Source of the DNA: Salibacteraceae bacterium
GTDB lineage: Bacteria > Bacteroidota > Bacteroidia > Flavobacteriales_G > Salibacteraceae
Reading direction: 5' to 3'
DNA length: 64,000 nucleotides
Assembly: GCA_965662345.1 (NCBI GenBank)
Contig: CBFIHE010000008.1
Span: 28,587 to 92,586, forward strand
In this document: piece after piece, positions 36,343 to 46,400 of the stretch
Layout of the letters: every line of letters begins with the position of its first letter
Position numbering within the stretch: the stretch's first letter is position 1
Made by a program: the position numbers and the translations under genes
The notes under the pieces: model-generated
The model's input: the letters and a program-made list of their open reading frames with translations, nothing else
Told to the model about the DNA's origin: nothing
The model's database searches: none

Positions 36343-37656
36343 ATGAAACCTTTTGTTTTTACTGCTCTTGCATGGCTCACCTATTTATGCTCTTTTTCTC
36401 AAGTAAAACTGATTTCAGCACCTATGCCAGGATACTCAGCCATGCGCGAGGTAACCGTTTGGGCGGCTACTAATGGCAAAGCCGATGTGTACATGACCTA
36501 TACACCAGTTGATGAGTCTGCTTCAAAAAGAAGAACGCAAACAGTGGAAAGCCATTATGAAAATGGCTATACGGTTCACTTGATAGCAGATTCTCTTGAG
36601 CCTGGCAAAGTATATAACTATACCCTCTTTGTGAATAATGAGCCTCAAGAGAAAAAGTATACGCAAACATTTGAAACACAACCACTATGGCAACACAGAA
36701 CGGATCCACCAGAAGTAAATGTAGCCATTGGATCTTGTGCATACATTAATCAAGAAGAATACGACAGACCTGGAAAAAGTTATGGCAGAAATTATGACAT
36801 CTTTACGGCTATAGACAAAGAAAATCCTCAAGCTATGATATGGCTTGGAGATAACATATACCTGAGAGAGGTTGATTTTGACTCGCGCACAGGTGTATAC
36901 CTGAGAAATGCGCATGCTAGGTCGCTTTCAGAACTGCTTCCCTTACTTAGTAATACACACCACTATGCCATATGGGATGATCATGATTATGGGCCAAACA
37001 ATGCAGACCGCAGCTATTTGGGTAAGCAGTGGACCAGAGATGCATTTATAGATTACTGGGCAAACCCTTCTTATGGGTTCAAAGGTGAAGGGATTACTAC
37101 ACAGTTTCAATGGTATGATGCTCACTTTTTTATGCTTGATAACCGATGGTGGCGAACTTCAAATGAAAGACTAACTGGTGAAAAGTATCAATTGGGAACT
37201 CCTCAAATTGAGTGGCTTATTGATGCCCTAAAGTACAGCAGAGCACCATTCAAGTTTGTGTGTGTGGGAGGCCAAGTTCTCAATACAGCAGATAAATATG
37301 AGAATCTAGCTACCTGCCCAGAAGAACGCGCATACTTGATTCAACGGATTATTGATGAAGAAATAGACAACGTTGTTTTCTTAACAGGTGACAGACACCA
37401 TAGCGAATTGAGCAAATTAGAAAAAGGTGGTATTACTATTTGGGATTTAACCGTTTCACCCCTTACTTCTGGCTCTCACAATGCCTTGGATGAGGGAAAT
37501 ATGCTACGCGTTCAAGGGAGTCATTTCGCACAATCAAACTATGGCATACTCAATATTACAGGTGCACGAAAAGAACGTGTATTGAATATTACGCTTAAAG
37601 ATAAAGACGGTGAAGATCTATACGATTTCAGAATTCCGTCTATATATAGAAAGTAG
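36343..37656 (+). CDS. PhoD-like alkaline phosphatase / metallophosphatase
   Basis: Motifs are WLGDNIY, WDDHDYGPNN and GDRHHSE. The signal-peptide start MKPFVFTALAWL (36343) is preferred over the track's 36259. Confidence 0.8.
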   Translation: MKPFVFTALAWLTYLCSFSQVKLISAPMPGYSAMREVTVWAATNGKADVYMTYTPVDESASKRRTQTVESHYENGYTVHLIADSLEPGKVYNYTLFVNNEPQEKKYTQTFETQPLWQHRTDPPEVNVAIGSCAYINQEEYDRPGKSYGRNYDIFTAIDKENPQAMIWLGDNIYLREVDFDSRTGVYLRNAHARSLSELLPLLSNTHHYAIWDDHDYGPNNADRSYLGKQWTRDAFIDYWANPSYGFKGEGITTQFQWYDAHFFMLDNRWWRTSNERLTGEKYQLGTPQIEWLIDALKYSRAPFKFVCVGGQVLNTADKYENLATCPEERAYLIQRIIDEEIDNVVFLTGDRHHSELSKLEKGGITIWDLTVSPLTSGSHNALDEGNMLRVQGSHFAQSNYGILNITGARKERVLNITLKDKDGEDLYDFRIPSIYRK

Positions 37657-37733
37657 CAGCTGTGGAATGATTAGCCATCCCTTAAAATCTGTTGTTTAAA
37701 ACCAAAAAAAGAGCGAAGGCAACGAGAGAACAA

Positions 37734-38486
37734 ATGACCGAATTGGAAGTATTAATTGACTTTCACAAAGACGCTGAAAGACAAGGACCAGGAAGTAATG
37801 CAGATACGTTAAGAGCGTTAAGCTTCATTGATTTAGATAAGAAGAGTCGTTTGAAAGTTGCAGACATAGGCTGTGGCTCGGGTGCTCAGACAATAGCTCT
37901 TGCTCAAAACATAAATGCTGAAATAACAGCCGTTGACTTATTCCCTGAATTTTTAGACAAGCTCAATATCCGTGCAAAAAGCCTTGGCTTGCAAGACAAG
38001 ATTATTACCCTTGAAAAATCAATGGATGATTTACGATTTGACAAGGGTGAGTTTGACCTTATATGGTCAGAAGGAGCGATTTACATCATTGGTTTTGAAG
38101 AAGGAATTAAAAAATGGAAAGAATACCTGAAAATAGGTGGCTACATAGCATTAAGTGAAATTACTTGGACTACTAATTCTCGACCAAAAGAAATTGAAGA
38201 GCATTGGAATGATGAATATCCGCAAATTGACACCGCCTCTGATAAAATGCGAATTTTAGAAGAAAATGGATTTTCACCAGTTGGATATTTTTATTTGCCA
38301 GAGAGCAGTTGGTTAAAAAACTATTACCAGCCAATAGAAGAAAGGATGGATGCTTTTTTGAAGAAACACAACAATTCTGATTTAGCTAAGGGAATTATCG
38401 AAGCTGAACAAAATGAAATCAGTAAATTTCGGACTTACAAGGACTTTTTAAGCTACGGATTTTATGTAGCAAGAAAAGTGAAGTAA
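37734..38486 (+). CDS. Class I SAM-dependent methyltransferase
   Basis: Motif I is VADIGCGSGAQT. ATG 37734 is preferred over the track's TTG at 37692. Confidence 0.8.
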   Translation: MTELEVLIDFHKDAERQGPGSNADTLRALSFIDLDKKSRLKVADIGCGSGAQTIALAQNINAEITAVDLFPEFLDKLNIRAKSLGLQDKIITLEKSMDDLRFDKGEFDLIWSEGAIYIIGFEEGIKKWKEYLKIGGYIALSEITWTTNSRPKEIEEHWNDEYPQIDTASDKMRILEENGFSPVGYFYLPESSWLKNYYQPIEERMDAFLKKHNNSDLAKGIIEAEQNEISKFRTYKDFLSYGFYVARKVK

Positions 38487-38616
38487 AAGGCAGTACACGA
38501 GATTGTTTGTAAGTAATGCGTTCGAAAGTTCTGATATCAAAGCAATTACATCAAATTAACTCAGTGCTAATCGGAAAGTGAAGTGCGTTGTAACCTCGTA
38601 CTACGCATAACCGGGA

Positions 38617-38671
38617 CCGAATATCACAACCATAGCAGAACATCCTCCTCGCGTATGATCGCTTTTTTCAT
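38617..38671. repeat. Tandem repeat unit 1 (99-nt period)
   Basis: CCGAATATCACAACCATAGCAGAACATCCTCCTCGCGTATGATCGCTTTTTTCAT. By my count 49 of 55 positions are identical to unit 2. Confidence 0.85.
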
Positions 38672-38715
38672 ATCTCTAACTACCAACCTTGGATTGCTAC
38701 GCCATCCCTTAACCT

Positions 38716-38770
38716 CCGAATGACACAACCATAGCAGAACATCCGCTTCGCGTATGGACGCTTTTTTCAT
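38716..38770. repeat. Tandem repeat unit 2
   Basis: CCGAATGACACAACCATAGCAGAACATCCGCTTCGCGTATGGACGCTTTTTTCAT. Confidence 0.85.
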
Positions 38771-38818
38771 TTCTTCCGCTTACAAAAGCAAGCTTTTGAC
38801 GCGTCTTAAATGAAAAAA

Positions 38819-38846
38819 GCGGAACGCTAACGCATTCCGCTTTTTG
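38819..38846 (-). terminator. Rho-independent terminator downstream of tRNA-Arg
   Basis: GCGGAACGC-TAAC-GCATTCCGC (one mismatch) has T-runs on both strands, with TTTTTTCA on the minus strand. Confidence 0.6.
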
Positions 38847-38851
38847 CTTCG

Positions 38852-38925
38852 TGACTCCGCAGGGATTCGAACCCCGAACCTCTTGGGCCGTAACCAAGTG
38901 CTCTATCCAGTTAAGCTACGGAGCC
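38852..38925 (-). tRNA. tRNA-Arg (anticodon ACG)
   Basis: The reverse complement is GGCTCCGTAGCTTAACTGGATAGAGCACTTGGTTACGGCCCAAGAGGTTCGGGGTTCGAATCCCTGCGGAGTCA. It folds as a clean cloverleaf with anticodon loop TTACGGC. Confidence 0.9.
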
Positions 38926-38987
38926 AACTCCTTTTTATAGGGCTGCAAATGTAAATGTTTTTTGGAATTACAACTATGCTTAACGCA

Positions 38988-40865
38988 CTAATCTTGTTGC
39001 AATGAGTAGCTATCATCATAGACTTGAATGCGCAAATCATCTACCCAAACGGAGTCCTCTCCTCTATTCCACACATATACAGCCAGTTCATCTTTTACAT
39101 TTCGAATTTCTGGTGTTAAGTACCATTTATTCAATTCAACCCATGTATCGGTTTTCTTCAAATCGATGTCTATCGTTCTGTATTTATAGGCTCCACCAGA
39201 ATGCTCAAAAGTGACTACCAATGAGACAGGTACAGGTTGATTGCTGTTGGTTTTCAAGAAAACATCTGCATAAAGCCAAGCATGATTATTAGTTGTTAGG
39301 CTCTGATATGGCAAGCGTATAGCTGGCGAAAATGGATGCGTAGAAGAAGTAACGAAAGAATAGTCGCCTGTTCTTGACATAATACGTGATAATCCTTCTT
39401 TTTTATTTGGCTTTTCAGGATATAGAATTTTTAACAAATTCCCCTTCCAATCGTCACGCTTTATGGCAGAGTCAGATTCAAAAGACTGGACATAGGAGTT
39501 TCGGTATATCGGATTTTCAGGAATCATGTCGAATTCATTCGAAGAACGATTAACCAACAACAACTTCTCACCTTCTTCGTTAAGCGGTTCTGTTCTAACT
39601 AAATGCGCCCAATAGGCAGCTGCAGTCATTCTGGTAGGATGAATAACCCCTTTACTGTATTGGTAGGTTTGGAACAGGTTCCAAATCGTTAATGCCGCAA
39701 AAATCACAAATACGTACACCTTTTTATTCTTGAGTGCATTGGCAATATACACAGCCATAGGTATAGCTAAGAAAGCATAATATTGAACCATGCTTCGCTG
39801 ACCAAAACTGGCGGCATACCACCAAGTTGTCCAAGAACTCAACAAATAAACAGTGAACAACAACATCCATAAGAATGCGAGATGCCATTGCCTATCTATC
39901 TTTCGAAAGTGTTTGAGACCAAACAGCGCAAAAAGCATGACAGGGGTGTAAATGAGCCAACCTTTTCTGAAGCTAAAAAGAAAGTTCCAAGTATGCGGAC
40001 TCAATAAATCGAACCCCTCACCCGGATTTTGATAGCTGTAAACCAATGGCAATCCTGTAACATACATCCAATAGATCATTTGCGGAATAACTCCAATTAA
40101 AGCTCCTAGCAGAAACTTATTCCAATGCTGGTATACTCCTTTAAACCAAGTTAAGTCACGCTTTTTTCGAAAACCAAAAACGAGTATCAGGAATATAGCA
40201 AAAACAATCTCGGAATTTCTAGTAATCACTAAGACTCCTGTAAGCACACCTAACAGTAAACTCGGCCTACCAAGTTCTCTATCTCGGTAAACGAGCAAAC
40301 CAACCCATGCATATAAGGCGAATAAATAAACATGAACCATTCCTGGGGCTTGAACGGCTTGATGCAACAAGTTGGTAGCTAGAGCGACTACCAATAGTGT
40401 TATTGCTGTTACTTTTGGCGTAAACCATTGTAGCAGCAGCCTTCTAAGTCCAATGAACCCAAGAATTAAGTATACTAAGCTACCAACTAGAATACTTAAT
40501 TGATAGGGCGCTGAGAAGCCATCTGCGGGATAAGGAGAAAACAGTGCAATAAGGTGGCCTACTATGAAAAAAGGTAGATTGAGCAAAGCCCATCCAATAG
40601 GGTACTTAATCAGATTATTGTCTTCATAAGGAACCAATTGATATAGCGTATCTGTATTCTGGTATACAGCCAGGACTTCCTCAACGGAAGACAGGTTCGA
40701 AAGTGCTAAATCACCGTAAATAAAAGAGAAGGGCAGGTAGAGGTAATATCCAAAAATATCCCAAGAAAGGATATTTCCTGGCAAATGAAACCCAAGCATT
40801 AGGGAATAAAAAAGGGCAGCTATAAAAACTGCCCTTATTGAGCTATCGTTGAAGTAAACCCTCAA
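38988..40865 (-). CDS. Polytopic membrane protein, ArnT/PMT-like (GT39/GT83-like) glycosyltransferase with a C-terminal soluble domain
   Basis: 625 aa with ~12 TM segments and then a ~200-aa beta-rich tail. The start is uncertain because the track uses TTG 40865, abutting the floA stop. Confidence 0.5.
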   Translation of the reverse strand: MRVYFNDSSIRAVFIAALFYSLMLGFHLPGNILSWDIFGYYLYLPFSFIYGDLALSNLSSVEEVLAVYQNTDTLYQLVPYEDNNLIKYPIGWALLNLPFFIVGHLIALFSPYPADGFSAPYQLSILVGSLVYLILGFIGLRRLLLQWFTPKVTAITLLVVALATNLLHQAVQAPGMVHVYLFALYAWVGLLVYRDRELGRPSLLLGVLTGVLVITRNSEIVFAIFLILVFGFRKKRDLTWFKGVYQHWNKFLLGALIGVIPQMIYWMYVTGLPLVYSYQNPGEGFDLLSPHTWNFLFSFRKGWLIYTPVMLFALFGLKHFRKIDRQWHLAFLWMLLFTVYLLSSWTTWWYAASFGQRSMVQYYAFLAIPMAVYIANALKNKKVYVFVIFAALTIWNLFQTYQYSKGVIHPTRMTAAAYWAHLVRTEPLNEEGEKLLLVNRSSNEFDMIPENPIYRNSYVQSFESDSAIKRDDWKGNLLKILYPEKPNKKEGLSRIMSRTGDYSFVTSSTHPFSPAIRLPYQSLTTNNHAWLYADVFLKTNSNQPVPVSLVVTFEHSGGAYKYRTIDIDLKKTDTWVELNKWYLTPEIRNVKDELAVYVWNRGEDSVWVDDLRIQVYDDSYSLQQD

Positions 40866-41903
40866 TTATATCTTGTCTTTATCTTTCTTTGAGTCTTTAC
40901 CCCCTTGAGGTTTAGCGATGCTAGAACGCATGTCTGTATCTGCCTCAATGTTTTTCATTTTGTAGTAATCCATTATTCCAAGATTCCCCGTTCTAAAAGC
41001 TTCTGCCATTGCAAGTGGAACCTCTGCTTCAGCTTCAATTACCTTAGCTCTAGCCTCTTGTGCTTTAGCTTTCATTTCTTGCTCCAATGCAACAGCCATC
41101 GCTCTGCGCTCTTCTGCTTTGGCTTGTGCTATATTCTTATCTGCTTCTGCCTGGTCTGTTTGAAGCTCTGCACCAATGTTCTTACCTATGTCTATATCGG
41201 CAATATCTATAGAAAGTATTTCGAAAGCGGTACCTGAATCAAGACCCTTTTTCAATACTGTTTTGGAAATAATATCTGGATTTTCAAGAACTGCTTTATG
41301 TGAATCTGCAGAACCGATGGACGATACAACGCCTTCACCTACTCTAGCCAAAACTGTATCTTCTCCAGCACCACCAACAAGTTGTTTAATACTTGCTCTT
41401 ACTGTTACCCGCGCCTTTGCAATTAGCTGAATTCCATCTTTCGCAACGGCTGCAACTGGAGGTGTTTCAATCACCTTTGGGTTTACAGACATTTGAACGG
41501 CCTCAAATACATCTCTACCAGCAAGATCAATTGCAGTAGCCATAGTAAATGGAAGCTCAATGTTAGCCTTACTTGCTGATACCAATGCATGAACCACTTG
41601 TTCTACCCGTCCACCAGCTAAATAGTGAGCTTCTAAAGCATTTGGATCTATTTTCAGTCCTGCTTTTGATGCTTCAATCATTGCACGAACAATCATTCCT
41701 GGAGGAACTTTTCTCCAGCGCATGAAAATGAGCTGAATAAGTGAAATTCTAACATTCGTAATAATGGCTTGAAACCATAAACCTACGGGTACGAAATAAA
41801 AGAATACCCACAGCAGTATAAGGGCTCCTATGATCATACCAATGGTTACGCCAAAGCCTATTCCTGAAATTTGTAAAAAGATGAGATTAAGTAGATTCTG
41901 CAT
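40866..41903 (-). CDS. floA: Flotillin-like protein FloA (UPF0365/YqfA)
   Basis: 345 aa. It contains [31 protein letters not shown], the SPFH body and a C-terminal coiled coil ([38 protein letters not shown]). Confidence 0.9.
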   Translation of the reverse strand: MQNLLNLIFLQISGIGFGVTIGMIIGALILLWVFFYFVPVGLWFQAIITNVRISLIQLIFMRWRKVPPGMIVRAMIEASKAGLKIDPNALEAHYLAGGRVEQVVHALVSASKANIELPFTMATAIDLAGRDVFEAVQMSVNPKVIETPPVAAVAKDGIQLIAKARVTVRASIKQLVGGAGEDTVLARVGEGVVSSIGSADSHKAVLENPDIISKTVLKKGLDSGTAFEILSIDIADIDIGKNIGAELQTDQAEADKNIAQAKAEERRAMAVALEQEMKAKAQEARAKVIEAEAEVPLAMAEAFRTGNLGIMDYYKMKNIEADTDMRSSIAKPQGGKDSKKDKDKI

Positions 41904-42357
41904 AAGTTGTTGTTTGAACTATAATTTTATTACCGGATAAAGATACCACTCGTATGAGAACCTGTTCATCTATAAGCTCATTTTGTGCGGTGACTTCATA
42001 AACACCCGATGAAAAACGGGCTTTTCCTATAGGATTGAGACGCGTAACGGTGGTTCCTTCTTCGTTCACATTTACCTTTGGTGCAACATCTCTGTTTGTA
42101 GACAATACCGATTCGTGCAAGGCAAACCTATCCCAGGTATCACTTTTTAATGATTTCCAAAGTAAAAAGCCAGAGAACAACACTGTTCCTGCCAGCACAA
42201 ACCAACCCTGCGTTACATCTGCATTAAAGGCAAGTACCAACCCTATTATGGTAGATATTATGCCTGCAATGCCTGCTATACCTACTCCAGGTATAATAAA
42301 CACCTCGATTAACATGAGAAAGAGTCCCAAACCTATTAATACCAATGCTGTTGTCAT
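41887..42357 (-). CDS. NfeD-family membrane protein
   Basis: 156 aa with an N-terminal TM bundle and a C-terminal OB-like domain ([35 protein letters not shown]). It overlaps floA by 17 nt, which is the classic NfeD-flotillin pairing. Confidence 0.8.
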   Translation of the reverse strand: MTTALVLIGLGLFLMLIEVFIIPGVGIAGIAGIISTIIGLVLAFNADVTQGWFVLAGTVLFSGFLLWKSLKSDTWDRFALHESVLSTNRDVAPKVNVNEEGTTVTRLNPIGKARFSSGVYEVTAQNELIDEQVLIRVVSLSGNKIIVQTTTYAEST

Positions 42358-43151
42358 CTATTTTTATTTGCGGCATATCCTTTGGCAGCAGGAATAAAAG
42401 CACGAATATCGGCAATGCGTCTTTCATCACTCGGGTGTGTGCTCAACATTTCTGGTGGCTTTCCTCCCCCACCTTGACTCATTCGCTGCCAAAAGTCAAT
42501 TGCTTTTTCACTATTGTATCCAGCGTATTCCATAAACACTAGTCCCATTTTATCGGCTTCAGACTCATGAGCTCTTGAAAAAGCCAATGTTCCCAATGTA
42601 CTTCCCAAACCGTAGCTCAACAAATACAGGTCTTGCGTTAGCTGAGGTTTCTGGCTAGTAGCAACCGCAAGAGACATTCCACCTAGTGCTACCATCATTT
42701 GCTGGCTCATTCGTTCGTTTCCATGCCGAGCAACAGCATGCGCAATTTCATGCCCCATAACCGTAGCAATACCATCATCATCTTGACAAATAGGTAGAAT
42801 GCCCGTGTAAAACACAACTTTTCCACCAGGCATACACCAAGCATTGACCGTAGGCTCATCAATTACATTAAACTCCCAATTGAACCCCTGTATGCGGTCG
42901 CTTTGACCTTGGCTCTCTAGAAATGCTTCACATGCCTTCGCAATGCGATCTCCTATTTCTTTAACCCTACGTGCTTGGTCATCATAGTTGCCAAGTACAT
43001 TAGATGTTCCTAACACCTCTTGATAACTACTAAGACTCATTTGCATGAGGTTAGATTCGCTCATCAAGTTAACCTGTTTTCTACCCGTAATGGGCACGGT
43101 TGTACATGCTACGGTTAGAAATACAAAAAGTAGTGCTCTGTATTTTTTCAT
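42354..43151 (-). CDS. M48-family zinc metallopeptidase lipoprotein
   Basis: 265 aa with a lipobox (LTVAC), HEIAHAVARH (HExxH) and a downstream ESEADKMG. Confidence 0.85.
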   Translation of the reverse strand: MKKYRALLFVFLTVACTTVPITGRKQVNLMSESNLMQMSLSSYQEVLGTSNVLGNYDDQARRVKEIGDRIAKACEAFLESQGQSDRIQGFNWEFNVIDEPTVNAWCMPGGKVVFYTGILPICQDDDGIATVMGHEIAHAVARHGNERMSQQMMVALGGMSLAVATSQKPQLTQDLYLLSYGLGSTLGTLAFSRAHESEADKMGLVFMEYAGYNSEKAIDFWQRMSQGGGGKPPEMLSTHPSDERRIADIRAFIPAAKGYAANKNR

Positions 43152-43153
43152 GG

Positions 43154-43480
43154 TTAATGGATTTCTGCAGACAATCCTCTTCTGTGGAGTTCTTTCAACC
43201 TTGGCTCCAAATCTTCAAAGCTTCCATGCTTCACATCGCATTTACCCTTGTAGTGTATGATGTAAGTGCATTGCTCTGCCTGCTCAACCTCGTGCTCGCA
43301 AATTTCTATCAAACACTCAATAACCCAATCAAATGTATTCACATCATCGTTGAAGAGTATCAAAGACCTTTCTGCACTCTCCTCTGTTAGCACATCAGAT
43401 TCTGTATCAATCTCAGGAGCAGTTTCTGTATCTCCCGCCCAGTAATGATTCTTCTGTTGTATGAAAAACACCTTACTCAA
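43154..43480 (-). CDS. clpS: ATP-dependent Clp protease adaptor ClpS
   Basis: LILFNDDVNTFDWVIECLIEICEHEVEQAEQCTYIIHYKGKCDVKHGSFE is a ClpS core. There is no ATG available, so the start is TTG 43480 or the GTG 9 nt downstream. Confidence 0.85.
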   Translation of the reverse strand: MSKVFFIQQKNHYWAGDTETAPEIDTESDVLTEESAERSLILFNDDVNTFDWVIECLIEICEHEVEQAEQCTYIIHYKGKCDVKHGSFEDLEPRLKELHRRGLSAEIH

Positions 43481-46400
43481 TTAGGGTACCATTTTCAAAT
43501 TTAACCACTTCTGAATCATTGATTCCTTTGCTTTTCACTACTTGCAATAACGCTTGAGCTTCTGCTTCTGTTGCATAATTCCCAATGAAATATACAGTTC
43601 CAGCTTCTGTGCGATCAATATTAATTCCTACGCTATTCATGCCCAATATAACCCCAGCCTCATTCACTGGTACCAGACCTGGGTATGGACCTACTTTTAC
43701 CCGATATGCATTCTCAGACTCAGCTGTTGAAGGTGGCAAAGCCGATGTAGGTACTTCTGTTGCTTCTTGAGGTGTTACAATATTGGTTTCTGGTGTAGTT
43801 TCTTGAACAGCGGTTTCTTCTACTGTCTGTGTCTGAGGGGTGGCTACCGCGACTCCATTAGCGGCAGTTGCTCTAGCCTCTTCTACGCTTATACGCTCTC
43901 CATTACTGTAAGCTGTAACAAAAGCATCTTGAATACCAATTGTTCGTATTCTGTCTCTTGCAGCATTAGCAGCTGCAACAGTGCTAAACACTCCTGTTGA
44001 GTAACGAATGAGTCCACCCGTTGTGGTTTCACTGTTGATAGGTGAAATATTGAACAAGGCAGAAGGTGAAACTTCGCTACTGTAAACACCAATTTGAACT
44101 GTGTAGAACAATGATGCTCTAGAGTTAACAGATTGAACATCTAGCTCATCTGGCGAAGCAATCTCCACAACGTCTCTATCTTGAACAGGTAGAGGTTGAT
44201 CTGGCTGGTTGGTGGCCACTGCTGCAGGAACTTCTTCTAGCACTGTGCCCTGCTCTAAGGCGCGAGCCTCTGCCAAGGTAATACGATCACCATTTCTATA
44301 AGCCACCACAAAAGCATCTGAATATCCTAATGCTCGAATTTCGTCTTTAGCACTATTGGCGTTATTGTACTGCTTGAATAAACCTGCCGAATATCTCGTT
44401 AATCCAGATGCTGTTTTCTCTCCAACAATCGGAGCAAACCCTTTAAAGGTTTCATTGGGAATTGTTCTACTAAATGCACCTACTTGAACCTTATATACAA
44501 CACCTTGAGGAAGCTGTACATCAACTGGGATTGGTTTCTCGTCTGAGTAATAGGCTAAGTTAGCTTCTTCTTTTTTGAATATATCAGAAGCCAATGTAGC
44601 TGGAATAACATCTATATCACCATCAGCAGAGTACAGAAGCTGGCTATACCCTCCTTGTGATAAGGCTATAACATCTGTTCGTAACACATCATCTTCAATA
44701 GCCAACAAGTCTTGGTTTGCCATATTCATAGCATAATACGCTTCGCGTTCCAAGGCACGAGCTCTTTTTCTCTTATTCACCGCTAAGCGAATTTCTTCAT
44801 TCCCAGCGCTACGAAGTGAGTCTGATTGTTCACCCGATGAAGCATCAGCTTGTGCTAGTAAGTTTCTCCCCTGCTGCTCTTGATTTCTAGCTTCACTGTA
44901 AAGTACATCTGCCTCTTGAATGGATTTGCCAAACGATTCTTTGGTGGCATTGTAATCAGTATACTCTGGAGTAGACTTAATTTGAGCTTGCTCTTGTTCT
45001 GTAAGAGTTCTATCTGTTTCTGGTAATTCAACAATAATCTCTCTGCTAAATGCAGTAGTTGTTTTGAGCGTGAGCACTTCTGCCTCTTCTACCGCTTTTG
45101 CTAACTCCATTGCTTGTTCTGCCTCTAGAAGTTTAGCATTTGCCTCTGCTTTTTGTGGTTCAAGTGCTTCTAGAGCTTTCCTGCGCTTTTTCTTTTTGCG
45201 CATGGCTCCTATTTCATTTTCTTGATCTTGAATCTCTTGCTTCTGAATCTGTGCGTCATAGCTCAACTTATCGGCTTGTGCCATTAAAGCTGCAGACGGT
45301 CTTTCTGCAAGCGGGTTAGCCATTAACGTTTGTTTAGCATCTTCTACCGATGTTGCTTTTTTACGTTTTACATCAAGCACCTCTGCTTGTTGTAACCTAC
45401 GTTCCGTTAAATAGTCTATTTCTTTTTGAAGTGCTTTTTTCTCTTTTTTCTTCTTAGCAGCATTCAATTGATTTTGCAACTCCTCTATTTGGGCATCCGT
45501 ATCATTCAAGTCTTCTTGAACGCTAGCTGCTTCTTCACCATAGCTCGCGAGATATGTATCTAACGTTTCTAACTCATCTTGTACTAATTCTTCTTCTGTA
45601 ACTGGCTCAGCCAGAGCGGCATTATTTTCTGCCTGAGTTAAGCTCTCTTCAATATCGTTCTCTGTACCATCTGCTACTGCAGCAATACCATCTTCTTCAA
45701 AAGAAAGCGGCTCTTCAGTGGATTCTTCTGGTTCTTCTAAGCTTGCTAGCTCTTCAGTAGGCTCAACACTTGATTCTTCTTCAAAATCCTCAACTAGCTC
45801 AGGTTCCTCATCCTCAACTGTTTCTGGCTCTGCTTCTGTTACAGGCAATGGTGTATCAGCTATTGCAGGCTCCTCTTCTACTTCTGGATCTTGAGGTTCT
45901 GCTTGAATGATCTCCTCTTCTGGCACCGCCAATGCCACTTCTTCTGGCTCTTCTGCCACATAACCAGATTCTACTAATGTAGTTTCTAATGCATTCAGCC
46001 GATTTACCTCTGCTTGCCTTTCAGACTTCAAGGTTCGAAGAGATGAAATTTTATCTTCTAACACCTCTTTCGTGCTTTCATTACTCGCATTCGCACTTAA
46101 GTAAGAAAGTGATTCAATTTCCTTATTGATTTCCTCTACCCATTCCTCATTCGCATCTAATTGAGTCCGAGAAGCGGTTAGTTCATTCGGATTGTTTCCT
46201 GCCTCATCAATTCTGCTTTCATAGGTAGCATTGTAAGGTGATTTCCCTGTATAGACTGGGGCTTTTCTCACTTCCTCTGCATTCGAAAAGTATTTGAATC
46301 CACCCGCTGGCACTCCATTCTCATCAACCTCTGGTGCTACTTCTGCAGTTACTGGCTCAGTAGTTTGTTCAATAGGCTGTTCTTCTTGAGCAAAAGTCTC

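Noticed and set aside
38709-38897. 62-aa minus-strand ORF from the track
   Set aside because: It overlaps tRNA-Arg and its terminator and runs through the tandem repeat in a frame that is not conserved between the units.
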